The notes beneath the pieces are model-generated. The model made no database searches. It was not told the DNA's origin and saw nothing but the letters and a program-made list of their open reading frames with translations. A stretch of 32,000 nt of DNA from Opitutales bacterium. GTDB lineage: Bacteria > Verrucomicrobiota > Verrucomicrobiia > Opitutales > Coraliomargaritaceae. Shown here in pieces: positions 30,636 through 32,000 of this stretch. Numbering within the stretch: the first letter of the stretch is position 1; each line of letters starts with the position of its first letter. The stretch covers positions 60,001-92,000 of the forward strand of contig JBMYVL010000009.1 of NCBI GenBank assembly GCA_049606355.1, written 5' to 3'. The translations under genes were made by a program, and so were the position numbers.

Positions 30636-31493
30636 TTAGCGGAAAAGCAATACAGGGATGCGGACTGTACGGATCATTTCTGTAGTGGTGCTGCCGACAA
30701 TGAGATGACGAATGTGCGAATGCCCATACGCACCCATGACGAGCAGATCGATAGGGTCTTGTTCGACAACTTCGCCGATGACCTGCGCCGGATCACCGTC
30801 GCGCTGCTCGATGGCTACACTGAAGCCTGCCTTACTGAGATCAGCCTGTGCCGAGGCTAGCGCAGACTCGATTGCTGCATTGCCGGCGCCGACATACAGT
30901 AGGGTACACTGGAGTCCTTTGAGGAGCGGCTGCTGGATCGCATAGTCGACGGCCTTGCGCGCGCTCGGCCCGCCATCAAAGGCTAGCACGAACTGCTGGA
31001 TCGGCTGGTAAGCTCGTGCAGCGACCAATACGGGCTGCTCACAGCTGCGAATGACGCGCTCTAAATTGCTGCCCAAGTGGCCTTTTTCAAAATCAGCATT
31101 GTTGCCGCGTTTGCCTAGGACGACGAGGCTGGCATCACGCTCATAACGCGTGATCTCCTCACTGAGTTTTCCGTGCTTTTGCTCGGCATGGACTTTCCCA
31201 GCGTGGGCTGCTTCGAGCTTGGCGACGGCGTCCTCGAGGATCGCCTGACCTCGCTTTTGTGCGAGCTTCGCCTGCGCTGCCTCCAGCTCCACTAATTCAT
31301 CGAGTAAGTGGGCGCGGGCGTTGAAGCCGATGCTGCCGCTGTAGTCCGCTTTGACGGGCTCTTCATGGTGTGGATTGAGCATGTGCAGCACATGGATGGT
31401 GGCGCCGTCGATTTTTTGCGCTGCCCAAGCCGCGTGTGCGTAGACACTGGGTGCGTAGAGCGAGCCGTCGGTACAAGTGAGGATGTTAGCCAT
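30636..31493 (-). CDS. Tandem-domain universal stress protein (UspE-like)
   Basis: It has two Usp domains. The C-terminal domain carries the ATP-binding motif G-x2-G-x9-G-S-T ([16 protein letters not shown]). The first domain has a looser version ([17 protein letters not shown]). Confidence 0.85.
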   Translation of the reverse strand: MANILTCTDGSLYAPSVYAHAAWAAQKIDGATIHVLHMLNPHHEEPVKADYSGSIGFNARAHLLDELVELEAAQAKLAQKRGQAILEDAVAKLEAAHAGKVHAEQKHGKLSEEITRYERDASLVVLGKRGNNADFEKGHLGSNLERVIRSCEQPVLVAARAYQPIQQFVLAFDGGPSARKAVDYAIQQPLLKGLQCTLLYVGAGNAAIESALASAQADLSKAGFSVAIEQRDGDPAQVIGEVVEQDPIDLLVMGAYGHSHIRHLIVGSTTTEMIRTVRIPVLLFR

Positions 31494-31532
31494 GAGAGCA
31501 GTAAGAGTGAATATCAGTCGATTGGCAGTACT

Positions 31533-32000
31533 TTAATGAGCACCGAGTTCCGCCTCAGGCTTGTCGTGTTGGCCGACTTGGAGCACGAGTGTCTGACTGG
31601 CATCGTTCATGCCAATTAAATTGACCTCGGTGCCTTCGCGGCGGAATTTTAGGACCACACGGTCCAGCGCATGCACAGCCGAGAGATCCCAAAAGTGTGC
31701 CTGTGAAACATCGATCGTGACGCGTTCCAGGACCTCGCGAAAATCGAAGGCATCGGCGAAGGTACTGGCAGATACAAAAAACAGCTGGCCCTGGACGGTG
31801 TAGGTGCGCGCGTTTTGGTTCACCTCGAGTGTGGATTCGATTTGAAGCAGTCTGGAGACCTTAAAGGCGAAGAACAAAGCACTGAGTAACACACCACAGC
31901 CGACGCCGAGAGCGAGGTTGTGCGACAGCACCGTTACCAGCACCGTGGTCAACATCACCAAGCTCGAGGTCTTGTGGTGAATGCGCAGGTTGCTGAGCGA
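31533..32000 (-). CDS. SulP-family anion transporter, C-terminal part (last TM segments plus STAS domain); the 5' end lies beyond the window
   Basis: A hydrophobic segment is followed by a STAS-like domain (YTVQGQLFFVSASTFADAFDF...IDVSQAHFWDLSAVHALDRVVLKFRREG). The frame stays open upstream to position 32000. The listed start at 31961 is only an internal TTG. Confidence 0.8.
   Translation of the reverse strand, partial: SLSNLRIHHKTSSLVMLTTVLVTVLSHNLALGVGCGVLLSALFFAFKVSRLLQIESTLEVNQNARTYTVQGQLFFVSASTFADAFDFREVLERVTIDVSQAHFWDLSAVHALDRVVLKFRREGTEVNLIGMNDASQTLVLQVGQHDKPEAELGAH

Overview
This window looks like ordinary chromosomal core genome. It is densely packed, moderately GC-rich by eye (not computed), and has about 27 protein-coding genes. 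I found no rRNA, tRNA, CRISPR array, transposase, integrase or phage-like gene.

Genes from left to right:
- A hypothetical protein whose reading frame is open to the left edge.
- A minus-strand block: YidE/YbjL-type transporter, ligA, lpdA, sucB, sucA.
- A small ORF coupled to a SUI1/YciH homologue.
- ribBA, a YaeI-like metallophosphoesterase, hrpB, ispD, pyrF, ispE.
- ptsI followed by an Hpt-domain protein.
- An NSS (SNF) sodium symporter with an unlisted 51-aa single-TM ORF immediately downstream.
- One LptF/LptG-family permease, an RlmI-like methyltransferase and a BaiN/HI0933-type flavoprotein.
- A CHAD-domain protein coupled to a cytidylate-kinase-like protein.
- uup (ABC-F), galM, a tandem Usp, and the 3' end of a SulP/STAS transporter running off the right edge.

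Many ORF-track starts are the longest alternative-start extensions. I trimmed several to internal ATG or GTG codons based on family N-termini and neighbouring genes.

I do not see a convincing new multi-gene system such as a defence island, mobile element or biosynthetic cluster. The leads worth a second look are:
1. A LigA in which all four zinc-finger cysteines are replaced.
2. A RibBA whose GTP cyclohydrolase II half has lost all three zinc-ligand cysteines.
3. ptsI followed by a two-component-type Hpt protein rather than HPr.
4. A MetS-like micro-ORF behind the NSS transporter.
5. An ATGA-coupled pair of a cytidylate-kinase-like protein and a CHAD protein.
6. Several palindromic or sigma-54-like motifs in the few true intergenic regions.

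Every functional call rests on motif recognition by eye in the supplied translations. No database search was run.
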